Shown piece after piece: positions 46,511 to 59,921 of a DNA stretch of 64,000 bases (within the stretch, counting starts at the first letter, position 1; each line of letters begins with the position of its first letter). The notes beneath the pieces were generated by a model. That model saw only the letters and a list, made by a program, of their open reading frames with translations. It had not been told where the DNA came from and searched no databases. This stretch comes from Eledone cirrhosa. Its lineage: Eukaryota. The position numbers were made by a program, and so were the translations under genes. Location: positions 41,974,001-42,038,000 of the forward strand of contig OZ024745.1 of NCBI GenBank assembly GCA_964016885.1, in the 5' to 3' direction.

Positions 46511-46546
<36 letters not shown>

Positions 46547-46601
46547 GCTGTAGGATAAAACAAAGAAGAGACACACACACAAAAAATAAAATAAAAACCC
46601 A

Positions 46602-46644
46602 GTCACTGAGGAGGTTACAGAATGTGTGACGAAAGAGCTTTGAC
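46602..46644 (+). ncRNA. Type I minimal hammerhead ribozyme (separate family)
   Basis: gtca-CTGAGGA-g-gttaca-gaatg-tgtgac-GAAA-gag-CTT-tgac. Confidence 0.7.
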
Positions 46645-47024
46645 AATATATAAACAACCATCCGGTTATCGAACCAACCAACAGGAAATCTATAATAAAT
46701 TGAAGTGAAAACCAACTGGTGCGTGTCTTTTTATTGGCAGCATGACCCTGCCAAATTATAACAATATATATATATAATGATACAATAATAACTATATTTA
46801 TATACATATATATATCATGATACAATAATAACAATATATTTATATACATATATATAATGATACAATAATCTTCGATTTCCCTTAATATTCTCCTTCTTGT
46901 CACTCCGACCATCGCCGCTTTTCCCTTTACATTCATTTAAATCAATTACAACAATATTCTTCCAGATCTTCTTTAATCATTATCAAACATATTCACTAAA
47001 TTACGATGACTATCTTCAATCAAG

Positions 47025-47065
<41 letters not shown>

Positions 47066-47108
47066 GTTTATCTATCTATCTATCTGTTTATCTATCTATC
47101 TATCTATG

Positions 47109-47165
<57 letters not shown>

Positions 47166-47789
47166 GTTTATCTATCTATCTATCTATGTATCTATCTATC
47201 CGTCTGTCTATCTGTCTGTCTGTTTGCCTGTCTAAATGTCTGTTTATTTGCGACCTACTATTGGATTTGGACTTTCTCTTGTTTTTTTTCCGAAGTTATA
47301 GTTAAATAACTATAGATTAACAGTCACACATACAAATAAATAGGCAGACCGACATATAGTGAGGTAGGTAGGTGTGTGTGTGTGGAGAGAGAGAGAGAGT
47401 ATTTCTGTCGCTTTCACTTCAAGATCAAAAGCTGTGTCGAATGTTATATACATTTAAAATGCATTCTTAATATGTTTCTTGTTTCGAAGACTTATTGTGT
47501 TTGTGAGGTGACTGAGATTATAGAAAATTAACTCTCACAACAGAACACAAAGAAATATTTTTGTTTCATAACGTGGGAAGGGATGACAACTCATATTGGT
47601 GTGGAGGGTGTAGTTGAGATGACAAACAACTAACACGCACAACAGAACATGAGGAAATTTGTTTTGTTTCATAACAAATAGATTTGTCAACTCATATTGG
47701 CATGGGGAAGGTGTATCTGAGAAGACAGCCAACAAACAAAAATAAAAAATCATAGAAAATGTTTGAGAATGGATTGTTAAATAAAAAGA

Positions 47790-48270
47790 AATGTCGACGA
47801 AGGACGTATTTTTTGGTCAACCACGTAGTTGAAATTAAAAAAAAAAAGTATTGACGTTGTATAAAGAAAAGAAGAATTGCCGAAGAGAATCGTAGTTTTA
47901 AGAAAAGTGGGAATATTTGTATTTAGTAACAGAGATAAAGGATAAATTACAATACTTAATATGTCGCATTATATTGCTGTATGTCAAAAATATAATAACA
48001 TTAGGAGACAGTTTAACTGGTAAGGTAGAATAGCTTCAGACAGCTCTTTCGAAGCAGCAGAATTTTTTATTCAACTTCAACAAAACAAGAGAAAATGCAG
48101 TAACAAATGTTGTGCTCAACGAAATGATAGGAAAATCCTCACGACCATTTACTGAAGGTAATTTCATCAACGGCTTTATGTTAAAAGCTAGTGAAATCCT
48201 CCGTCCAGAGAAAAGGAAAATGTGTGAAAGCACTAGTGTGTCATCTAATACTGTTATCAACCGCAAGCAA
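47790..48270 (+). pseudogene. hAT (SPIN/Charlie/GTF2IRD2-like) transposase remnant
   Basis: Frameshifted KKRRIAEENRSF..WEYLY..YLIC.. and IGKSSRPFTEGNFINGFMLKASEILRPEKRKMCESTSVSSNTV. Confidence 0.8.
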
Positions 48271-48657
48271 TTCATACCAACAATATAATTGGGTAAAAGC
48301 ACGACCCCACCCCTCATCTATTTTTTGGCCCACTATACCCCAGGTCTTAATGGCTCTTTTCAGTCCTTGAGTTTAAAACTCCTAGTCTAAAGGATAGATT
48401 CTTAATTAAATATATAGTATTACTTTCCATGTGGTTAGAGTGAATTGTAAAAGTAGTGTATAGGCTTTTTCGGTTTGTGACAATGGTAATATATAATGGT
48501 TTAGATGAGTGTGTTGTGTCGGTGTTGTTCTACAGAGTCATATTTCTATGTAGTTAAACCACAGGAACTAATTCCACCAGTTTAAAATGAGGATCGGATA
48601 GAGTGGTTTTAACGTCATATACGGATTATCAGCATTCGGTTACTCCTTTCTTCCAAG

Positions 48658-48994
48658 CTATCGCGCTATAGCAGTGAAAGCCTTATCACCACCAATAACA
48701 ACAACAACAACAACAACAACAACAGAGCAACAACAGAGCAACGAAACAGCTACCACCACCATTGTCAACCCATCTCGCCCCTCCCCCACCATCACTATTA
48801 TCACCACCAACAACAACATCTCCGCCACCATTGCCACAACACCGCCATCGCTCACATCCATATTAACCGGTCGATATTCATTAAGAAGCCGTGAAGTAAT
48901 GAAACGCCTGCTGTTAAACGTAGGCGTGGCTGATATTGCGATGGGACGAGATGATTTCACTCTCTCTCTCTCTCTAAGCAAGAAATGTGGATAG
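48658..48994 (+). other. Possible low-complexity exon
   Basis: Polypyrimidine acceptor tcctttcttccaag| followed by open N/H-rich or T-rich frames; no recognisable homology. Confidence 0.2.
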
Positions 48995-49812
48995 TTTTAT
49001 CTAGTATTGTTTAATATCGTTTATTATTGTTTCTTATTGTTTCCTATTCTGTATTATAACATTCTTTCTCAGTTCTTGCTATTTTATATTATGATTTATT
49101 ATTTCTATTATTTTTGCAGTAAAGAAGGTGGTGGAATTTCCTACATCAGTAGATTGTCCAACAAAATGCTTTGCGCTACTTTGTTACGATTTTCTACGCT
49201 CTGAGTTCAAATATCGCCGAGGTCAATTTTGCCTTTTATCCTTCCTGGATCGATAAAATAAAGTACCGCTCAAGCATTGGGGTCGAAGTAATTGACTTTA
49301 CCCTTCTTCCCCCAAATGTGCTACCTTTATGCTTATTTAAAAAAACAAGTTATTTTTACTGTGAATGCGCGTGGCTCTGTAATTAGGTTGTTGAGCTTAC
49401 AAACATAAGATCATTCAATTCCTGGCTACGCGGTATGTCTTTGAACAAGATATTTTATTTCACGTTGCTCCAATACACTAATGAGTTGTACCTGTAATTC
49501 AAAAGGCGGCTTTGTCACTCACTGCATCCACTGAAACTCTTTAAGAATTACGTTAACGGTGCGTGTGTCTTCGGAATGCCCAGCCACTTGCATGTTAATT
49601 TCGTGATCAGACTGATTTTAGGGGAAAGTGAAAAAAAAAAAGATTTGAGGCAGTCAGGCATCAACACTGGGCATTATATCAATGCCTGGCTGACACTCAC
49701 ATAAGTTTAATCAATCTGTTTCTAATTTTGGTAACAATTGGTCGACGATCTTTGAGTTTAGGATATCACTATAAAGGGTGTGAACACAGTCCTTCCTACG
49801 CAGACTAAACAG

Positions 49813-50090
<278 letters not shown>

Positions 50091-50134
50091 ATTATTATTA
50101 CTATATATATAGTAATAATAATAATAACTGTTCA

Positions 50135-50252
50135 AATAGTTCAAATCCCGCCGAGGTTAACTTTGCCTTTCATCCTTACGGGGTCGATAAAATAAAGTAC
50201 CAGTAATACACTGGGTATTTGCTGGCCTTGTGCCTAACGTAGAAACAATTAT
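50135..50252 (+). mobile_element. 5'-truncated SINE (Meta-domain-like core)
   Basis: gttcaaatcccgccgagg...agaaacaatt. Confidence 0.88.
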
Positions 50253-50255
50253 TAC

Positions 50256-50313
<58 letters not shown>

Positions 50314-50827
50314 TGCGTGTGTGTGTGTGTGTGTGTGTATTGTTCGAATATCCGTGTCAGTTGATTATTTGTTTAACCGTGTTGATCTTATTCACCGCAA
50401 TCAACAGATTATGGTGTAATCATTCTTAAGTACTGTACTTCTGCTGTGTCCGTATAAGTAAGAATTGGTATTACATGGACGGTGTCCGACTAAGTATTAT
50501 TATGTCATTAAACCCGAAGAGACAGTTCTATATTTCCACATTTCAGTTTATTATATATTACATGACATCTGTGCATTCCCAAGACATCCGATACTGGTTA
50601 CGTAATGGTTAAGCAGGCCTAATGTGTTATCGTCAGACATATGCAAATAATGTCCTTGATATGCCAAATATGTGTCGTGAGATGTTAATTGTCTGAGGTT
50701 CAATCATATAATATATATATATGTGTGTGTGTGTGTGTGTTTGTGTGTGTGTGTTTGTGTATGTGTGTGTGTGCGTGTGTGTGTGCGTGTGTGTGTGCGT
50801 GTGTGTGTGTATGTGTGTGCGTGTGTG

Positions 50828-50910
<83 letters not shown>

Positions 50911-51516
50911 ATGTGTGCATGTGTGTATAGATGGATGGATGTGAGTATACATATGATATATATTGAGAACTAGAAGGAGAAAGAAATGAGATCGTGCGTT
51001 TATCTTAGAGGATACGTCGAATTATAATTAAGGATTTTTATGACTTCGTGGGAGTGAGAAGCTCTATCGAGAAATTAAAATAACATAAATTATTCAATTA
51101 ATAAATGATATCGACAATAATGATGATAAAGCTCTAGCAATAATAATTTATAACAAATGAAGACAATATTGATATAGTGCAAATACTATATAATATACGA
51201 AAGGCACATTTTACCAAGAGTTAACAATAGTCATTTACAGGCAAATCAAAATAATTTTATATCATGAAACAGCAAATCTATGGAATATATAAACAGCTAC
51301 AGAACATATTGTTCACGAATAGCGAGAAAATGTTTTTTTTTTCTAATACACAGACAGACACACAAACACACAAACAAACAAACAAACACACACACACACA
51401 CACACATACACACACACACACACATACACACATATATATATATATACACTTGCGCGCGCACACATGTACACATGGTCACACATACTCACATACACACACA
51501 CAAACATACATACATA

Positions 51517-51593
<77 letters not shown>

Positions 51594-54500
51594 TATATAT
51601 ATATACACTTGCGTGCACACACATGCACACATGGTCACACTCACACAATAGACCAACAAGAGAAAAGAATTCTACACAGGAAATTAAAAAAAAACATGAT
51701 TGTAAACAGGAAATTTAAAGAAAAAAAAGTAACGATCACCAAACGAAGTGCTACTAGGCGTTGATTGCCAAAAGTAAAAGTGGTGTTCCGAACAAAAGGG
51801 AAATTGCTCAATTGGTCCAATAGTGTTGGAAGAGATTCGTGAGAGACAGACAAGCTGGAATGTTGGGATCCCTATATACTGTTTTAAATGGGCAAATAAC
51901 ACTTTCTATTCAACAGTTTTGATACCAAACACAGTTCCATGACGGTGTTTTGTAACTAATCATTATCCCACACTCTTTAACCAATATTTATTTATTAAAT
52001 AGAATTTAAAAAGTAATTTATATAGGCTTATCTTAAATTTTGGTACTTGGGAGACATTTTAAACTGAATTTCCTAACTGGGTTCACAATGAAATCCTTGA
52101 ACTCCGTTATTTTTGTTTGTGTATCAAATGCTGATGACAACAATGTCAGGTACTCAGCTCAGAAATTATTACTGGAATGGCATAAAAAGTGTTTGTTCAC
52201 GACTGCAGATAGATACACAATTAAGAACTTCTGCAATCATTCAAAGAATAAAACATTGGCTCCTTTTTTTTCTATCAATGCTTGTATTGGCGACAATAGT
52301 CATAGTATTAAGAAAGAATAACAATAGGACAGCCAACGTACAACAAACGCATGATGTTGGTTACAGTGGCAATAGGAGATATAAATGTTTAGAAAGCATT
52401 GTCTTCTAGTGTTTGGGAAGGCACATGGCCTAGATGTTCGACTCCACAGCATGGTAACCGACTCCACAGCATGGCTAGCTATACCTTCACTCTCAACTGG
52501 CACTTAGTTGGTTAGCGACTGTTTGCGCATCGGTGTTTCCCTGAGGCTCGGCCTCCTGATCTGTGAGCCACACAAATGCCGATACGGATTTACTGTGGAT
52601 TTGTTTTACTTCCAGCCACTACCATGCTGTTACAGTGCCGGTCACCTGGCACATCATGCTATTCTCGACTAGATCATAAAGTATGGCTTGGCTACCACAG
52701 ATTTCTCTTCTCAGCCCTGACCAGCGCGAGGGCACGACAAAAGGCTAGACAGCATAAATCTCTTTCCATTGGATGGTAGGCCCCTCAAATGAAATCGGCG
52801 ATAAGCTGGTGCTTATCCCCGATTTCATTTTCCATCGACGTTAATTGACTGGATACGGGACCAGTAAATCGCAGGGTTAACGCGCAGCTACTACTGGAGC
52901 TCATTTTCAACTGAGTGTACTGGTGCAACATGAAATGAAATGTTTTACTTAAGAACACAACGTGCTATCTGATCCAGGAATCGAACCCCCGACATTATGA
53001 TCGAGGCCAGTTGCTTTTTCATTTGAATGTTTTATTCTTTACTAAATATGTAGACACCTTAAAGAATAAAAACTAAATATCTATCAGTATTGTTTTTGTT
53101 TGATTGATTTTGATTGATAAATTTTCCGCTGCTAAAAGGGAAAACCTTTCAATACTTACTTCAATGGACTTTACTACATCTTAATTTCAGAACGTATTTG
53201 GTTTTAATTGAGAATTGCTTACTACTGTTATGACTCCCATTTTATATATCAATCTCCTTTTCCTGCGCCACACATTTCTTTAATTTACTAACTGACATAG
53301 CGTGTCTAAAAGGTTCCCTTCACAATCATGAGATATTGAGTTCCATCTAACTGTGCTGCTTTTTGAGTAACGGCTCTATATCATAACCTCGTACCAGCCA
53401 AAGCTTTGTTAGATAATCTGAAACTGAAAGAAGCCCATCGGATAGACTTATTCTTGAGTGATAGAGTCAACCCAACACATCACCACTTGACTCTCGGTTG
53501 CCTTTGGTGGATTCCACTTTGTTGCAATGGCTTTATATTCAAAGCAAATATTTCATGCTTCATTTCTATTGTCCCAATGTTCTTCCTCCTCTCTTTAAAT
53601 CACAAGTTAGCATTGAGTGCAAGAAATCACTCATTTTCTGCATCCTTCTTTTATGACAGAAACGTATCTTCTCCATTAACATGTGTTTATTATTAAACAC
53701 ATGATGATTCACCTTCTCACAATGAATTGAAGCCACAGCTGGAATTGATCTTGCGTATATATTACTCCTAAACTAATGAGAATTATCAGAATACTTTAAT
53801 GAACAATTAATATATAATGAAAAAATATCGACATATATTCATCTCTGCTATTAGCCGTTATAATAAGCCATTATAAGTTAGCAGTCACCTGAGATATTGT
53901 AAGGATATACTTATAAGATTGTCGATATTGAATTCGATATCTTCAGAGAAGGATGAATTATGGCGATTTTCATATCTGTTTGCAATCACAAATATTCAAG
54001 ACATTTTTTAGTCAAGCAATTTACACAAACCGACTGTGGATACTAGTTTAAAAGATACGTGATAGCAACAAATAACGATCGCATCATCACAATAATAACG
54101 ACAACAATAGAAATGAAGGAAAATACTTCAACTGCGTGTATTTACTTTAATGAAACATTAGAGATGTTGATTAATAGAATCGGTAGAGCTTCGAAGAAAA
54201 GTTGACTTTACATTTTCATCATTACGGCGTTGCTAAAATTCGTTGCGGGAGACGATGTAATCGATGATACCCTCTTTAAAAATGTCTGACCTATACAATT
54301 AAAAATTATTGTATGTATAGCAGGATCAGTAGAGTATCGGTTAACATGTCTTACGTGTTTAGTCAGGTAGTCAGAAATACGTAAATCATTAATGCATAAA
54401 TTCTGAGTTCAACTCTATCGAATTTGCCTTTCATTCTGTCATAGTCTATAAAATATGTTACTGGCACTAGAAACGATAAAACGGACAATACCCTAAAATG

Positions 54501-55358
54501 TGTGCTATTGTTATTAAGTTCAGAAATGTTCCCACAAATGCAATATCCTAGATGTCCGTTTCTGAGATTAAGATTAAATTTTAAAAAAGGACAATTAAAG
54601 TACCCCAAAATACCAGTACATCTGTTGGTTGTCGTGTAATGTATTTATTCTCTTACAGTATTTTTATTTTACCCAAACATTACGGGAAAGGGTTCAGTGT
54701 CGTGGTTGCATATTTCTGCTGTTAGTATTCTGTTTATTATCAAATTTAAAACTACAGTTGCAATATCAATACTTTAGAAGGTCTAAAACGACCGCACGTT
54801 ATAGGCGCAGCTTTTTTTCTCAGAGTTCATAAATAGAACATAATTCATTATTTTTATGATCTATCGGTGCCTGTTTGTCCAGCAAGTAGTTTTGTAAAAT
54901 ATGCTCTATAATTATTTACTGGAAACTGAGACGACAAAACTAGAAACTTTCTTTCAGACAGTTTTTATCTTAATTTGTTTTATTCTCGTTCATTATTTAT
55001 TTAATTTTTTGTAACATTTTTTTTTTTCTTCAATTTTTTTTTTTTTAAGATTCTCTCTTTCATATAAAAAAAAACAACAAGGTGAGGATTAAATGACAAT
55101 TATATCTTAAAATATAACAAACCTGATTCACACACAGTAGTTAAACTAAATCTTAAATGAAATAGAAACAATAGTAGCTGTCGAAGTCAATGAAAACTGC
55201 ACATGTAACTGAGAAAACGGCGGTCACCATGTTAAAGTTGTAACTGCTACTTAAAACGTTTATCTATTTTAATGTTTTATAACATGTCATCTACGTACCA
55301 TTTTCTAGATACTTGTGTAAGCCAACATAGTAACACGTTTATCGATATGTATGTGCAC

Positions 55359-55448
<90 letters not shown>

Positions 55449-55464
55449 GGAGTAATGCTATCGC

Positions 55465-55908
55465 TTGGTTCTTAAGATGTCGGATATCAAACGATGCCTG
55501 TGCATGAATCTTTTTTAAGTGAGGAAAGGCTTTGCACAGAGCCAATCCCACTCGAAAGCATTTACCCAAAAAGTAGAACTGGTCTACATTATTGGATGCA
55601 AACGAAGTCGTAAGTTTTACATCAGAGTGACCTTCTCCTAGAAAGATTTCTTAATGCAGACAAGGGTGCACTCGCTCCACTGCCCCACCCTAAAATAAGA
55701 GATTAAAAATTATTAGATGGCCGTTGACTCTCCTGAGTTCCCCCGCCCTTTGATGGGTTGTTTTTCATCTTGCAGGGGGCCCAAAACCACCTTCCTCCGC
55801 AAACAAGCTTGGTGGGGTTGCCGGTTTAGTCGCCGAGAGCCCGACCATGCACAGGTTGTACTGAGTTACATGTTACTAGTAACTAGTAGCGCTGAAGAGC
55901 GACCTGAC
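55465..55908 (-). mobile_element. Diverged relative of the 610-bp retroelement
   Basis: Shares gcacagagccaatcccactc, ttctcctagaa, tttagtcgcc and the terminal gacctgac. Confidence 0.7.
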
Positions 55909-55942
55909 ACACACACACACACACACACATACATACATACAT

Positions 55943-56550
55943 GGTGGCTGCCAACTCGTTTTCGAGTACAGCCACTACTTTATATCCATGTAGGAGAACC
56001 CCTACCGATGCGCTGAACGAGTGTGACATTTTAGTCCAGCCAGCGACTTGAAAACTCTGGTACAAACACTACACTTGTGACAATTATAGACACATAGTGC
56101 TGGGCCCATGGTACCATGTGATGACAAGTGCAGAGAGATCTCCAGATACAAAGCAATGCCTGTGTCGTGAATCTTTTATAGTGAGCAAAGGCACTGCACA
56201 AAGCCAGTCCCACTCTCTTAACCAAGATGATATTTACCAAAAAGAAAAACAAGTCAACATCATTGGATACCATCAGGGCTGCAGGTGTTATATCAGAGTT
56301 TTCCTTCTCCTAGAATTCTGCCTTGACAAAGGCTAAGGGGTCATCTCTCCCGGTGATTTTGGATGGCCATTGACTCTTAAGAGCTCCTTTGCCCTTTGAC
56401 AGGTTTTGTTTTTAGTCCTGCAGGATGTCCAAAGTCACCCTCCTCACCAAGAAACCTTCGTGGGGTTCCCAGTTTAGTCGCCAACGACCCGACCATGGGA
56501 CAGGTCGTTCTGGGATACATGTTACCAGTAGCACCAACTGGTGACCTGAC
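55943..56550 (-). mobile_element. About 610-bp non-autonomous retroelement, copy 2
   Basis: Same termini as 13988-14595; (TACA)n flanks. Confidence 0.8.
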
Positions 56551-56662
56551 ATACATACATACATACATACATACATACATACATACATACATACATACAT
56601 GCATACATGCATACATGCATACATACATACATACATACATACATACATACATACATACTTGC

Positions 56663-56741
<79 letters not shown>

Positions 56742-57662
56742 CATGTATGTATATACATGTGTGCGTGTTTTACTTAGTCAAATGAAGGACTGAGCCCATA
56801 ATCCTATCACGTTCTCTCAGAGTGTTGAGACCTATGCGTGTGAACAATCGATGCAAGATGAAAGACGGTAACTGAAAATTGAAACCGCCATGTTGTTAGA
56901 TACACTGGGAGTTTATTATTAGCCGTATGGAGCTTACCACAAGTAGACTATAAGCTAAAGGGTAGTTTTTGAACGAATAACTACAGCAGGCTTGATGAAA
57001 TGCCGCGAAACAAAGACCACAGAAAAACCGACTCTACTTCCGCTCTTCTTGTCTTCAGAGTCCAAGCTGGTTAAAGCAGACGCTGCAGATAATGTAGAGA
57101 AGAATCCATGTTATATTAAGCAGCACATGAACACGGTTAATTTGGACATTGCAGATAACAACATACATGAGACCCAAGAAAGAATATAGTTACAATAACT
57201 GCGTACAGGAAAATGAAATGCAATTTTACGACATATAGCTGAAGGAAGGAAGAAGCGACACTATATATTTTAGGCAACTAAATAAGAAAAGTAGAGATTA
57301 CAACGAAGAACAGTAATAAATGAGTGAAATTTCTTTTTAGTATTTTGTAGTTACCTTTTTTAAAACTGTTGTTAAGCCTTGAGAAATATGTCTCGTTACA
57401 ACAGACATTGTCAAATGGTGTTAAGAATCTTTCTTTTCTGTAGTTGTTACGTTGAATGCAAATTGAAATAACCCTAAACGAGGAATACGATTTTAAATAT
57501 ATGCCGAGACATGCATGTACACATTTCGCCAGATGTCAATTTGTCTGTGTGTATATATGGTTATTTACAACTATGTGGATGCATACATACATGCGCATAT
57601 ATATATATATAGTTATATATATATATATTTAGCTTCTCGCTAAAACAATTTCTATACCTTTC

Positions 57663-57735
<73 letters not shown>

Positions 57736-57940
57736 TATATATATATGTGTTTTATGTGTGTGTCTGTGTGTGTTGTGTGTATGTATGTGTGTGTGTGTAT
57801 GTATGTATGTGTATGTGTTACGTGTGTGTGTGTGAATGTAATGAAAAACACTTGGCGAACCTGCATATAACTTCCTGGTTACTCGGAGTTTCCCAATGTA
57901 AGCTGAGATTATCGTTGCTAATATCTATATATACACACAC

Positions 57941-58002
<62 letters not shown>

Positions 58003-58335
58003 GTAGGTGTATTCATAGCCTCTAACGAGGGGAGATATTTTGACTGCTTGGCTATCTATTCATTTCACTCTTTTACCGTTTCTCTTTTTGCTTCCTTCTT
58101 TCACTCATTTCTTGTCTTAGTTTGTCTTCTTTCTTTTCATCACAATCATTTCCTTTCGTTCCATGTCTGTATGTTGCTATGCAGATATCAATGCAACCAC
58201 AAAACATGTATTAATGATTTCTCTCTCGTGCATAAGCAATTATTATTTGGACGTGAGACTTAGATGTCGCTGGTTGACGTGACAAGCACATAGAGATGGC
58301 ACGTATTATATTGCTACAACCCCAGTATATTACTG

Positions 58336-58378
<43 letters not shown>

Positions 58379-58794
58379 TGCTCTACTGCTTTTGTCTTTG
58401 ATTCTCTTCGTGCTGAATACAAATCTTGCCTAGGCAAACTTTGCTTTTCATCTCATCAGCGTCGAGAAATAAAGTACTAATGACGGAATTGTTAAAGAGT
58501 TAGACTGCTTTGCGGTATATCTTCAGGCTCTCCATGTTTTGAGTTCAAATCATGCTTTCTATAATCAGAAAAACGGTTTCGCCACTGCTAAAAGTTGCAA
58601 CCGATAAATAATATTAACAACGAAAAGACCGATTGAAGCAATTTCCCTATGACTAATTAAAGGATCTGACCTTTCCTTTAATGTCGGTTGTGGGGGAACA
58701 TTATATAAATGCTATATGCTATACTGGTGTAGACAGAATATATATTACTGCTATATATATATCAATGTGGTCATAATATGTGTGAGTGTGTGTG

Positions 58795-59038
58795 TGACAG
58801 CTTATACCTATACAGGTTTAGCTGGCCTCCTCCAAGGTATATCTCGTTGGAGGTGTCTTGGGTGATTTAATGATAGGGACCCCAATCCTATCATCTCATT
58901 TCTACAGCTGAGTAAACTGGAGCAACGTGAAATAAAGTGTCTTGCTCAAGGAAACAACACATCACGCGGTTCGAGAATTGAACTCACAGCCTTTCGATTG
59001 CAAGCCCAATGCTCTGACCACTAAGCCATGCGCCTTCA
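58795..59038 (-). mobile_element. Full tRNA-headed CORE-like SINE
   Basis: rc: gcatggcttagtggtcagagc...gagttcaattctcg...ccttgagcaagacactttatttcacgttgctccag; ends in (CA)n. Confidence 0.88.
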
Positions 59039-59532
59039 TATGTATATATCTATGTATGAATCTGTAACTCCTGATGGAGTCGTAGGTACGCCGTCAGTAT
59101 ATATAGCATTTCTCGGTCATTTTAAACCTGGTATATGCCATCCCCTCGCCAGGTGTGAGCACCACCAATTTATTCCAGAGAAAAGGGGAGTGAAAGGTTG
59201 AAGTCAGAAATAGATATGGAGACAAAATCGACGTCAGTACTGGATTAGTACTTTTTATTGATCTTAAAAGGAGTAAAGACAATATTAAGCTTGGTGTGAT
59301 TTGAACTGAGAGCGTAGGGAGCCGGAACGTATAATGTAAAGCATTCTAACTAATTTTCACATGGTTGTATCCATTCGCCACCCAACCAGAAAATTTAATG
59401 TTACATAATTTAATGTGACCATAATACATTACTACTAAATAGTTTATTGGTGCGATTACAGTGTATTATTCCTGCATATATTATTGCCGTGGCTACTATA
59501 CACACACATATATATAATATATACATATATAG

Positions 59533-59628
<96 letters not shown>

Positions 59629-59815
59629 ATATGTATATCTATATATGTATATATACATATATAGATATACATATATATATTTATATATATATATATATAT
59701 TAATAAAAGGAATTCCAACTTTGTCTGATTTACTCGTTTTATTTACAATCCTTTAAAATGTATAATGGTATTAGAATGAAATAGTATGGTAGACTATTAA
59801 ATGTTAAGTGTTAAT

Positions 59816-59854
59816 TGAACAAGTACTTTCATGCTTTCGCAATCATCAGGTTCA
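59816..59854 (-). ncRNA. Type I minimal hammerhead ribozyme, intact core
   Basis: rc: tgaac-CTGATGA-t-tgc-gaaa-gca-t-GAAA-gta-CTT-gttca; palindromic stem III aagtactt. Confidence 0.85.
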
Positions 59855-59860
59855 TAATGT

Positions 59861-59921
59861 GTGGTGACAGTCACGTTTGCAATTTTCAACTGTTGAAAAT
59901 TGCAAACGTGACTGTCACCAC
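59861..59921. repeat. Perfect palindrome with 30-bp arms
   Basis: gtggtgacagtcacgtttgcaattttcaac-t-gttgaaaattgcaaacgtgactgtcaccac. Confidence 0.95.

Noticed and set aside
56992-57189. 65-aa ORF with ordinary amino-acid composition
   Set aside because: Short, no recognisable domain and no clear splice context
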